From positions 224,001-288,000 of IMG/VR virus record IMGVR_UViG_3300045988_180880: a stretch of 64,000 bases of DNA; one strand, given 5' to 3'. Each line of letters opens with the position of its first letter. Position 1 is the first letter of the stretch. Made by a program: the position numbers and the translations under genes. This document shows, piece by piece, positions 17,472 through 25,961 of this stretch. This DNA is from a virus. The notes beneath the pieces were generated by a model that searched no databases, was not told where the DNA came from, and was given only the letters and a program-made list of their open reading frames with translations.

Positions 17472-17753
17472 ATGATAAATATTGGTTCGTTACTTGGTGT
17501 ACAGAAAACAAGTACTACATTTTTAAAAGATAATAATAGTACTAAAACAATAACAGCTGAGTATTCAGAAAAAAGTTCTAAGATAATGATAGGAGTTGCG
17601 ATGCTTAGCATTTTAGGAGTAACATTATTAGGTGTAGGAAGTGCACTATTTTCTAAAAACGGATCTATTGGTAAACCTCAGGGAGGAGGAAATAATAGAC
17701 CCCCCAAAAAAGGAGGAATGGTTCGTGGGATTAGCAGTGGACAAAGGGGATAA
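17472..17753 (+). CDS. membrane protein with Gly/Pro/basic tail
   Basis: ATG at 17472 (the listed 17418 start is a TTG). TM segment IGVAMLSILGVTLLGVGSALF. Confidence 0.55.
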   Translation: MINIGSLLGVQKTSTTFLKDNNSTKTITAEYSEKSSKIMIGVAMLSILGVTLLGVGSALFSKNGSIGKPQGGGNNRPPKKGGMVRGISSGQRG

Positions 17754-17791
17754 AAAGAAGAATAAACAAACTTAAAAGAAAAGAAAAAGAA

Positions 17792-19099
17792 ATGAAACCT
17801 AAAAAATTAATACTAATTGGTTTAGGATTAGCCCTTGGTGGTTATCTGCTAGCCAGAGAAACAAAAAAAGAAATAAAAAAATTAGAAAAACAGAAAAAAC
17901 AAGTCGATGATGCACTTGAAGGTCTTGGAATTTCTTCAGATATATTAAGAGAAAAATCTAATGAAATTGTCAATTCCTTCGAAGAATATAGCGAAGTCGA
18001 CGAAGAAAATGACGAAAGTGATAACTTAGTACTAGCAATGTATAACGTTATCCAATTCGGCGATAGAAAGGGAAAGGTCAGTCCATGGGATCTTGATCTT
18101 ATTCGTATTCGCAATATAGTAGAAGAAGATAGATGGGGTAAAAAAAGGATAGTTAAGCAGGGATTATTGGATTGCGAGAACATCATTCACGTAAGTCAAT
18201 CTGACACTAGGTTTGGAAAAAGGAAATTAGAATTTATTTTCGAAATTCCAACAACTGCTTATAATAGAAATCTATCTGGTTATCCAAAGATAAATGATTA
18301 TAAAGATACGTTTAGTGAATTAGGAGATACCTTAAATCAAGAGTTTATAGGTACAGAAGATGAAAACATTGACCGTTTCTTTGTTGGATATTATATACTT
18401 TCTTATAAAATAAAGGGAGTAACGTATACAAAAGTAGTAAATGAAGAGACTGATGAAACTCGTACTTATGAAAAAGTATTTCAGGCAGCAGTGGAGATTC
18501 CTAAGAGAGATTATGAATCTTATAATGTTTATTGGCCTGATGGAAGACTTAAATATAATGGTTTTTCAGAGTTTATGCAAGACTTATTCGATTATACAGA
18601 TGGACGTAAGAGTCTGAGTAAAAAACTTACAGGTCATATTTTCGAGAATATTGCATTTTTCAGTAAGGAACTAAATGATCTTGGAAAAACTCAAGAAGAT
18701 GTATATGATGTAAAAATAGCATCTACATTTTTAGGGTATAAATTAAGATTTCCGATGAAGGATGAAATTGACGATGAACCTGGAGTAGATTTATATACAG
18801 CTCTTGATATGCTTCATTATGTAACTATTCCTGAAAACTTAACAATCTATAAGAGAAGGAGTAATTTGCATGGAACATATTCAACAAAATATAATCACGT
18901 AATGTTTCAAGCAAGAGATACAAATCCAGTGTATAAAGATCTTGGGTTTGATATCATGCTTTACTATACTGTGGATATAGAAGATGAGGATAAGAAGGAT
19001 TTTGTAAATCGAAAGATAGATATCGAATCCATGGAGTATGAACTTGGAGAAGAAAAGTCCCTGGAAGAAAAAGCCGAAGATGAGGAAAAGAAAAAATAA
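17792..19099 (+). CDS. N-terminally anchored protein, function unknown
   Basis: 435 aa with an N-terminal TM segment LILIGLGLALGGYLLA. Confidence 0.65.
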   Translation: MKPKKLILIGLGLALGGYLLARETKKEIKKLEKQKKQVDDALEGLGISSDILREKSNEIVNSFEEYSEVDEENDESDNLVLAMYNVIQFGDRKGKVSPWDLDLIRIRNIVEEDRWGKKRIVKQGLLDCENIIHVSQSDTRFGKRKLEFIFEIPTTAYNRNLSGYPKINDYKDTFSELGDTLNQEFIGTEDENIDRFFVGYYILSYKIKGVTYTKVVNEETDETRTYEKVFQAAVEIPKRDYESYNVYWPDGRLKYNGFSEFMQDLFDYTDGRKSLSKKLTGHIFENIAFFSKELNDLGKTQEDVYDVKIASTFLGYKLRFPMKDEIDDEPGVDLYTALDMLHYVTIPENLTIYKRRSNLHGTYSTKYNHVMFQARDTNPVYKDLGFDIMLYYTVDIEDEDKKDFVNRKIDIESMEYELGEEKSLEEKAEDEEKKK

Positions 19100-19110
19100 A
19101 ATAAAAATTA

Positions 19111-19145
19111 AACTAGATAGAGGTAAAATTCTATCTAGTTTTTTA
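19111..19145. terminator. bidirectional terminator
   Basis: AACTAGATAG pairs with CTATCTAGTT, followed by a T-run, between convergent genes. Confidence 0.75.
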
Positions 19146-19162
19146 TTCTATAACTGAGAAAA

Positions 19163-19792
19163 TCAATTATCAAAAGAGATCTCATTTATTTTATTATCAC
19201 TTTCTTCTTTTAGTCTTTCTCCTGGATCCTTTAATTCTTCTTTTATATACTGATTATCTATAAAAGAGAATACATCAAGAGGATATTTTCCAACAGATCC
19301 ACTATCTTTATATTCTTTGATAGCATTACTTAGAGAATAAAGTGGATCTTCTTTCTTTTTGTTCCTAATATTTTCAAAAAATTTAGATATAATTTTCCTT
19401 AGAGTTCTTACTTCTTTATGAAATCTAAAATCTTGTTTCTTCTCTTGGACTATTATTTCTATGATTTTATTAATAATTACTATAACAGAATCTCCTGCAG
19501 TTAACTTTTTATTTCTAAGTCTTTTGAATTCTTTCTTAAGAAATGGTTTATAAAGGTATAATATTCTTCCATAAATTTCTATATCTTCAGGTCGAACAGA
19601 TTGATCTATCCTTTCAATAGTTAACTTAACAGTATGAATATAGGATTTAGTAATACCTATATACCGATGTTCATTTTCTAGAAATTGTGTTAACTCACTA
19701 AATAAAAATCCAGTTATATCAAGTAATCCTTCTAAGTACATATCCTCAGGAACTTGGATATTCTCAGCTATTCTTTTTTCAATATCTTTCAT
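19163..19792 (-). CDS. hypothetical protein
   Basis: 209-aa ORF. Confidence 0.6.
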   Translation of the reverse strand: MKDIEKRIAENIQVPEDMYLEGLLDITGFLFSELTQFLENEHRYIGITKSYIHTVKLTIERIDQSVRPEDIEIYGRILYLYKPFLKKEFKRLRNKKLTAGDSVIVIINKIIEIIVQEKKQDFRFHKEVRTLRKIISKFFENIRNKKKEDPLYSLSNAIKEYKDSGSVGKYPLDVFSFIDNQYIKEELKDPGERLKEESDNKINEISFDN

Positions 19793-19848
19793 ATTAGTAT
19801 AATTTTAGTTTTACATAATTAAGATTTAGGACCTTTTATAGTAGCAAA

Positions 19849-19864
19849 ATCCTTATTAATGTAG
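19849..19864 (+). promoter_or_regulatory. promoter-like motif ATCCTTATTAATGTAG
   Basis: Lies 23 nt upstream of the ATG at 19887. Confidence 0.45.
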
Positions 19865-19886
19865 TAATGTAAAAAATAAAACGATT

Positions 19887-20438
19887 ATGGCATTAACTAG
19901 AAGTCAGAGAGAAATAATAATTAATGAAGTAAAAAAATTGTATATTAAAGAGTTTGATGAAAGTAAAAAACTACATAATGAATTAGTAGATTTTATTTTT
20001 GATGCGATCTTAGAATGTTTAACTCCAGAAGAAAAAGAGTTTACATTGAAGTATCAAGATTATTTAAATAGTGTTCAAGTATTTGATTTTACAGGAGATG
20101 GAGTATTAAAAAAAGAATTTCCTGAAGAAAATATAAACTGTTTAAATTGGGGGGATAATCTTTATTATTTTTCTAAAGGAATAAGAATTGAAAAACGAAT
20201 AGATGGGAATTTGATTTCTGCTCCTAGTCTATTTAAAGGTAATGAGTGGAGTAGTTTTAAACATCAAAGTCCTGAATTATATAAAGAAGCTTTGGAAAAA
20301 CTTAGAGAATATGTAGTAGTTTCTAAAAGAGCATGTAATAAGTTATTCGAGTTAGAAGAAACTTTGGAAAATAAAAACTTAACTCTAACTGCTTTGAAAA
20401 CTAATTTTATAGAACTTTATAATATATTAAAATCATGA
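19887..20438 (+). CDS. hypothetical protein
   Basis: 183-aa ORF. Confidence 0.6.
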   Translation: MALTRSQREIIINEVKKLYIKEFDESKKLHNELVDFIFDAILECLTPEEKEFTLKYQDYLNSVQVFDFTGDGVLKKEFPEENINCLNWGDNLYYFSKGIRIEKRIDGNLISAPSLFKGNEWSSFKHQSPELYKEALEKLREYVVVSKRACNKLFELEETLENKNLTLTALKTNFIELYNILKS

Positions 20439-21136
20439 TTCTAGATAAAGACAAAAGTAAATTAATTTCGAGAGATATCTTATTATCAACTTATAAAGAA
20501 CTTTTAGATAACTCAGGTCTTAAGAAAAAATTAGCAAGATTAGAAAAACTAATTAAAGAATTAGTAGTTGAACTTTATAGAAAGTATGTATTTTCCGACG
20601 AGTTATTACAGTTATTTGATAAATCTAAGAAAATTGCAAAAACTATGAGATCTATTGATGTAAATTTTCAAGTTCTAGGATTATGTGACTCTCCTCAAGG
20701 TTACTATCCTAATAAGATATTAACATTAGATTCTGGAACACCTATTGGATTTGTTGTAAGTATAAACAGGTGGGTAAATATAGAAGATGATTATTTAGAG
20801 AGTTTGCCTATGTGTGGTGATGATACTTATAAGTTAATGAATGTTATAGATAAGTTTACACCAGAAGAAGTAGATGTTCTTAAAAATGCTTATATAGATC
20901 TCTTTAAAGCAACTTATGCAATAAGAAACTTTAAAGGTGGGCAAGATAAATACCTTCCAGAAAATATAAAAACTTATGGACAACTACATGATTATGATCT
21001 AGAAATTTTTGAAATAGCTTATAATAAATTCATACAACAAAGGGATGAATTAAAAGTAAAAAATAATGAATCACACTTAGATAGAAATGATATTCCTGGA
21101 AGTTTACAACGACTTAAAAGAATACTTGAACTCTAA
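20435..21136 (+). CDS. hypothetical protein
   Basis: 233-aa ORF with an ATGA overlap. Confidence 0.6.
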   Translation: MILDKDKSKLISRDILLSTYKELLDNSGLKKKLARLEKLIKELVVELYRKYVFSDELLQLFDKSKKIAKTMRSIDVNFQVLGLCDSPQGYYPNKILTLDSGTPIGFVVSINRWVNIEDDYLESLPMCGDDTYKLMNVIDKFTPEEVDVLKNAYIDLFKATYAIRNFKGGQDKYLPENIKTYGQLHDYDLEIFEIAYNKFIQQRDELKVKNNESHLDRNDIPGSLQRLKRILEL

Positions 21137-21185
21137 GAAGAAAATAAAAAGAGAGAAACCTATTAAGGCCTCTCTTTATTTTTTT

Positions 21186-21503
21186 TTAATCTAGACTATT
21201 ACTACTAAGTATGACTCTAGTAATCGCTTCATCATCTACATCTCTATCAATTCTTGGATAATGAATTACTTCTACTGCATAAAAGTACATAGTCCCTGAG
21301 TTTTTGTCTAATGACATGGATATAATATCTGCATATTCTTCTGCATTCTCCACATCATTTGTCATATTTTCTCTTACATACTCTGCAATGTTTCTGCTGA
21401 GTACTACCTTATCCCCTTTTCTTGGGATGTTTTCAAATTCTAGGGTGATGTGGATAAAACATTCTCCACTAATTCCCATAAATGAACAGTCTATTCTTTT
21501 CAT
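21186..21503 (-). CDS. hypothetical protein
   Basis: 105-aa ORF. The antisense 21304..21525 ORF is rejected. Confidence 0.55.
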   Translation of the reverse strand: MKRIDCSFMGISGECFIHITLEFENIPRKGDKVVLSRNIAEYVRENMTNDVENAEEYADIISMSLDKNSGTMYFYAVEVIHYPRIDRDVDDEAITRVILSSNSLD

Positions 21504-21574
21504 AATTTCTTGTTTTTCTCAATAATAAGGCTTTGAAGGTAAAACTCTTATAGATGTAATAAAAATTAAAGAAT

Positions 21575-21934
21575 ATGAATGAAAACTATGTATTAGTAAG
21601 ATGGCCAGAATCACAAGAATTTATGGAATGTGATTGGTTTAGAGATGAAGCAATTTTAGCTTTGGGACATGAAGATCAGACTGGAAGTAGTGCATATTTT
21701 ATTCCAGAATCTAGAATCTTAACTAAAGAGTATGTTCAACAAAGAGTAGCAGAACTTTGTAGAGATTATGAAGTTACACCAGAAGAAGAGGATTATTCTA
21801 GTAAACAATGGTGTGATGAGGCTTTCCCATATGAAGGTGGAATGTCTTTAAAAGAATTAATTGTAGAAATTGCTCTATTAGTAAGAAAAAGATCAACTCT
21901 TCAAGACGATAAAAAATACGACGGAGAGATGTAA
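21575..21934 (+). CDS. hypothetical protein
   Basis: 119-aa acidic ORF with a promoter-like motif at 21544-21560. Confidence 0.55.
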   Translation: MNENYVLVRWPESQEFMECDWFRDEAILALGHEDQTGSSAYFIPESRILTKEYVQQRVAELCRDYEVTPEEEDYSSKQWCDEAFPYEGGMSLKELIVEIALLVRKRSTLQDDKKYDGEM

Positions 21935-21979
21935 AAAAAATTGAGAGGAACCTATTTGAATGGTATCCTCTCTTTATTT

Positions 21980-22186
21980 TTATCCTACTTTTCCAGTTCT
22001 AAATGCTCTGGACTTTAAAATTTTACAACCTTTCTCTCCATGATAAACAATTAAATCGAATTTATCAAGATCCGGTCCAGTAAAATTTGTATGACTCAGG
22101 TTCATCATAGACAAAGTTACTTCACCTGTCTTACAATGTAGGTCATCATCTCCTAAAATTAATGTGTTAAGTACAAATTTATTCAT
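21980..22186 (-). CDS. hypothetical protein
   Basis: 68-aa ORF overlapping the thioredoxin gene stop. Confidence 0.45.
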   Translation of the reverse strand: MNKFVLNTLILGDDDLHCKTGEVTLSMMNLSHTNFTGPDLDKFDLIVYHGEKGCKILKSRAFRTGKVG

Positions 22187-22502
22187 TTCCTGATTCTGAT
22201 ATTAGTAAATCTAGATTTTCTCTAATTGTTTTCTCTGGATGTGAACCTACTAATCGATTCTGAAGTACTCCATCTTTAAAGAATAGTAGTGTTGGAATGT
22301 TTCTTATACCAAATTCTGATGTAAGTTCTGCACATTCATCAACATCACATCCGTAAATATTAACTTTCCCTTCATATTCGGTTGCTAATTTTTCAACGAT
22401 TGGTTTAATTACTTGACAACCACCACACCATTCAGCAGAATAATCTACTACTACAAGTCCTTCATTAATCAGGTTTCTTTCACTGTCTTTTAACTCTTTC
22501 AT
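22179..22502 (-). CDS. thioredoxin
   Basis: Active-site AEWCGGCQ (a CGGC variant of CGPC), followed by the NIPTLLFF element of the thioredoxin fold. Confidence 0.8.
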   Translation of the reverse strand: MKELKDSERNLINEGLVVVDYSAEWCGGCQVIKPIVEKLATEYEGKVNIYGCDVDECAELTSEFGIRNIPTLLFFKDGVLQNRLVGSHPEKTIRENLDLLISESGNE

Positions 22503-22819
22503 AACTCTAGTTTATATAATAATTCTAATTGTAATCTAGTTAATACAAATACTTTAGTTTCGTTCTCTACCTCTCTACATATTAAGTCTTTTTTTGAACC
22601 TAATCTGATAAGAGGAGATGTACCTGTGGAATCTATAATCTCTACTCCACCTGTACTAGTATCATGAGTTTCTAATGTTACATTACCAAGACCATCTATA
22701 AATGTAACTTTACTCTTATCTGAAATCCAATCAGGCACAGATCCAACTCCATATTCCCAAACTTCTATATATTCTGGATAAGCTGAATTTCTTCCTGATT
22801 GTTTATATCTTTTAGTCAT
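22499..22819 (-). CDS. hypothetical protein
   Basis: 106-aa ORF. Confidence 0.55.
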   Translation of the reverse strand: MTKRYKQSGRNSAYPEYIEVWEYGVGSVPDWISDKSKVTFIDGLGNVTLETHDTSTGGVEIIDSTGTSPLIRLGSKKDLICREVENETKVFVLTRLQLELLYKLEL

Positions 22820-23622
22820 AATTTTCCAATATCTAAATCCTCTATATTATAATCTAAACAATCTATTCCATTTTTCTTAACTAATCCAGCAAAAAGATAT
22901 CTAGGATCCGGATCAGTAAAAGTATCAATAAATTCTTTATCTACTTTTTCCAAGAATATTCCGATTGTTGTGTTTCTGAAATAAAGTACTGAAGAGTTAG
23001 ATCCCCAAGTACAATATCTACAATCTATATAATCGGCAGGATCAGGAACATCTACTCTAGTCCATGGAAAAATAACAGACTTCAGAATATGTCTATGATA
23101 AAAATATAAACATTCATCAAAAATACATTTCCATTTCTTCTTTCTTTTTTCTTCAGACGGTGTATAGTAGAAGTTATATAGTTCTGTTGATGATAATCTA
23201 CGAATCTTAAACACTGGCTTAATAATTCTAGACTGATTTATTTTTTCTAGGTTTTCAAAAAGTTTAGGTGTAGATTCTTGTAAATCCTGACATCTAGATA
23301 TTGTTATTCCGATGTGCTTCCCAAATATTTCTTTATCATATTGTAGAGCCTTAAATATAGTTCTCGGTAAATTTTCAGAACTATCTATAAAAGCACAAGC
23401 CTGATAAAGAGTTGTTATCTTTTCTTTACTAATTTTAGAGTTGTCGAAATGGGAATCAGAGAATATGAATACTATATCACTAATCTCAGAAAGTTTACAT
23501 AATCCAGTATGTATATTATCTGGAAGAGGGTAGTAATCATAATCCATTAATATAATTGATATCATAAGATGACGTGGCTGATTAACTACGTACATCTCTT
23601 CTTTTGTTGGTTTCTTAATCAT
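22816..23622 (-). CDS. hypothetical protein
   Basis: 268-aa ORF. Confidence 0.6.
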   Translation of the reverse strand: MIKKPTKEEMYVVNQPRHLMISIILMDYDYYPLPDNIHTGLCKLSEISDIVFIFSDSHFDNSKISKEKITTLYQACAFIDSSENLPRTIFKALQYDKEIFGKHIGITISRCQDLQESTPKLFENLEKINQSRIIKPVFKIRRLSSTELYNFYYTPSEEKRKKKWKCIFDECLYFYHRHILKSVIFPWTRVDVPDPADYIDCRYCTWGSNSSVLYFRNTTIGIFLEKVDKEFIDTFTDPDPRYLFAGLVKKNGIDCLDYNIEDLDIGKL

Positions 23623-23977
23623 AAAATACTTGTCTAACTTTTTCCCAATCTACATAAGGTCTATCACTAAAATCTGGATTATATATAAGAGGACATCCAA
23701 GAGCAGCATCATCTATATAAAGATCTGCATGTACTTTTGGAGAACTAGTCCATCTTCTTTGTCCAGGATCTTGATTAACTCCATATAAAGGGATATCATT
23801 TTCTTTAAACCATTCAACTGCATCTTCGAGTTCTTTCCCTGATCTCATAGTATTTAAGATCAATTTATGACCTCTTTCTACTAGCTCTTTAAGAACAGGA
23901 ACCGCACCAATATCCTTTCCAATTCTAGGATAATCATGAGTAACACAGGTTCCATCAAAATCTACTGCTAATTTCAT
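23615..23977 (-). CDS. HAD-superfamily phosphatase-like protein
   Basis: N-terminal DFDGT (DxDGT) motif and C-terminal YIDD. Confidence 0.6.
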   Translation of the reverse strand: MKLAVDFDGTCVTHDYPRIGKDIGAVPVLKELVERGHKLILNTMRSGKELEDAVEWFKENDIPLYGVNQDPGQRRWTSSPKVHADLYIDDAALGCPLIYNPDFSDRPYVDWEKVRQVFYD

Positions 23978-24654
23978 AATAATTCTTTTATAGTTTGTTC
24001 ATTAATATCTAGAATAAAACATTTTCTACAATCAAGACATGCAAAGGTAGTTCCAAAATACTCCTTTGATAATTGAGTATGACCGAATATCTGATGAACT
24101 CCGGAGTACTGATTTACAAACTCTCGTACATCTGACCATACACAAGATCCATATTGACAGTATCCTCCCCTAATTGTAGATATATCCCAAAGATGATCAT
24201 AGGCTAAATCTTGGTTTCGAAGTAATGCACTTAGGACTACACAATCACATTCCTTTACCATCCAATCTCTAATTACTCCTGCATGAGAGAATAAATATTT
24301 ATCAGTTTTATATAATAACTGGAAAAGATCTTTATTATCTTTAAAAATCTCTTCTATTCTCTTAGCATTTCTATGGTCATATCTACTACAAGGAGTTATA
24401 TGTATTGATAAATCTGAGTAGTGACAATCATGATTCCCGTAGAGAAGAATAACTTTATCATTATAATTTTTCTTAAACTCTATTATTTCTTCGAACTCCT
24501 TAATAGCATCTTCAGTTGTTATTCCCTCGGCCGGATAAGGATCTAAATAATCCCCTAAGAATACAATTTTATCTACTTCATCTACTTTTTCTTTAGCTAA
24601 TCTCCAAAATGTTCGGCCGTGAACATCTGGAACTATTATTACTTTATTTATCAT
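23974..24654 (-). CDS. calcineurin-like metallophosphoesterase (Ser/Thr phosphatase type)
   Basis: Motifs PDVHG, GDYLD, GNHD and FGHT. Confidence 0.75.
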   Translation of the reverse strand: MINKVIIVPDVHGRTFWRLAKEKVDEVDKIVFLGDYLDPYPAEGITTEDAIKEFEEIIEFKKNYNDKVILLYGNHDCHYSDLSIHITPCSRYDHRNAKRIEEIFKDNKDLFQLLYKTDKYLFSHAGVIRDWMVKECDCVVLSALLRNQDLAYDHLWDISTIRGGYCQYGSCVWSDVREFVNQYSGVHQIFGHTQLSKEYFGTTFACLDCRKCFILDINEQTIKELL

Positions 24655-25358
24655 AACTTATTAATTAAACTCCAAATCCAATATTTTCCATTCTCAGTCC
24701 ACTTCTTTTTATTAGATACATGCTTATTTCCGTGTTTATCAATTACTACTACGGAGACTAATTTAGTATAACCTAATTTATCATAAGGACTGGATAAGAA
24801 CCAACCTTTAGCCCCACGTCTTCTATAAATAAACTTATTATCCTCTAATTTCTTAAGAAGGGTTTTTGCACTATACCCTAAATTCATATCCTTACAGATC
24901 TGTTCAGTAGAGTATAGATTTTTAGAATAAGTTAGAACCTCATCACAATAATTAGCTTGAGGTAGAAGAGAGTTATATCTATCTCTTTCTTCCTGAAGAG
25001 CAGTAGTAAATCCTGTTCTTAAGAGCTCATCGATTTTCATATTACACCAGATAGCAAATCCAGGATCTAACCATCTAGCAAATTCTAAAGCTACCCATCT
25101 ATGCATCCATGTTCCCTGTCTAGTACCATCTGAATAATTACCTTTAACTGTTAGTACAGGAGTGATACCTGAAAATCTGGTATCACTTTTAAATGCTTCT
25201 AGATAAGATTTAGTACTAGGAAGTGAAAACCAGTCGTTGGGTCTTTTTCTAAATAGTTTTGCCATTTCTGTAGCATTAATCATAGTATCAAATCCATCTG
25301 ATTGAGTAAGTTGAATAAATGCTCCATTAAATTCTAATTCACTAATAATTGTTTTCAT
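24651..25358 (-). CDS. KilA-N domain protein with antirepressor-like C-terminal domain
   Basis: The N-terminal half matches the KilA-N pattern (INATEMAKLF...WMHRWVALEFARWL). Confidence 0.65.
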   Translation of the reverse strand: MKTIISELEFNGAFIQLTQSDGFDTMINATEMAKLFRKRPNDWFSLPSTKSYLEAFKSDTRFSGITPVLTVKGNYSDGTRQGTWMHRWVALEFARWLDPGFAIWCNMKIDELLRTGFTTALQEERDRYNSLLPQANYCDEVLTYSKNLYSTEQICKDMNLGYSAKTLLKKLEDNKFIYRRRGAKGWFLSSPYDKLGYTKLVSVVVIDKHGNKHVSNKKKWTENGKYWIWSLINKL

Positions 25359-25455
25359 TTTTAATTGTTTTTTACTACATTATTAAGGAAATCGAATTAA
25401 CAGGACAGAAAAATAAGACCCTAAGGAATTCTCACTCCCTAGGATCTTTTTTTAT

Positions 25456-25947
25456 TTAATCTAATCTTTCATCATTATATTTACTCTTTATTAGATTACC
25501 ATTAATATTATGCCATATAGTTTGATTAGAAGATCCTCTAAATCTAAGTTTTCTATCTTTTAATTCATCTATATATCTTCCATCAACTATATAATCACAC
25601 AAATTAATAACTTTCATTTGTTCTTCAGTTAATTCAGAAATATAAAATCCAGTCCATAACCAAATCTCTTTTTCTGGCCAAGTTTCCTTTATTTCTTTTA
25701 ATAATTCACTAAGTTCTGTAGCTTGAAGTAAAGGTTCTCCACCTAAAATAGAAACTCTCTTTACTCCTTCTATTAATTCAAAAAATTCTTTTTTTTCTTT
25801 CTCAGTAAATTCTTTTCCTCCATCCAAAGGCCAAGCTACTTGATTGAAACAATTCTTACAATGGAATAAACATCCTTGTAAAAATAATGAAACTCCAATG
25901 TAAGGTCCATTAGATATATCTATTTTTCTAATAGTTGCGTATCTCAT
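25456..25947 (-). CDS. nrdG: anaerobic ribonucleotide reductase activating protein
   Basis: Radical-SAM CLFHCKNC (CX3CX2C) motif. Lies immediately downstream of nrdD. Confidence 0.85.
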   Translation of the reverse strand: MRYATIRKIDISNGPYIGVSLFLQGCLFHCKNCFNQVAWPLDGGKEFTEKEKKEFFELIEGVKRVSILGGEPLLQATELSELLKEIKETWPEKEIWLWTGFYISELTEEQMKVINLCDYIVDGRYIDELKDRKLRFRGSSNQTIWHNINGNLIKSKYNDERLD

Positions 25948-25961
25948 AGTTTTCAGGGATT

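Noticed and set aside
16420-18186. Listed - strand ORFs 16420..16710, 16877..17113 and 17842..18186.
   Set aside because: They are antisense shadows of better-supported + strand genes. Their composition is repetitive (poly-F/I/S).
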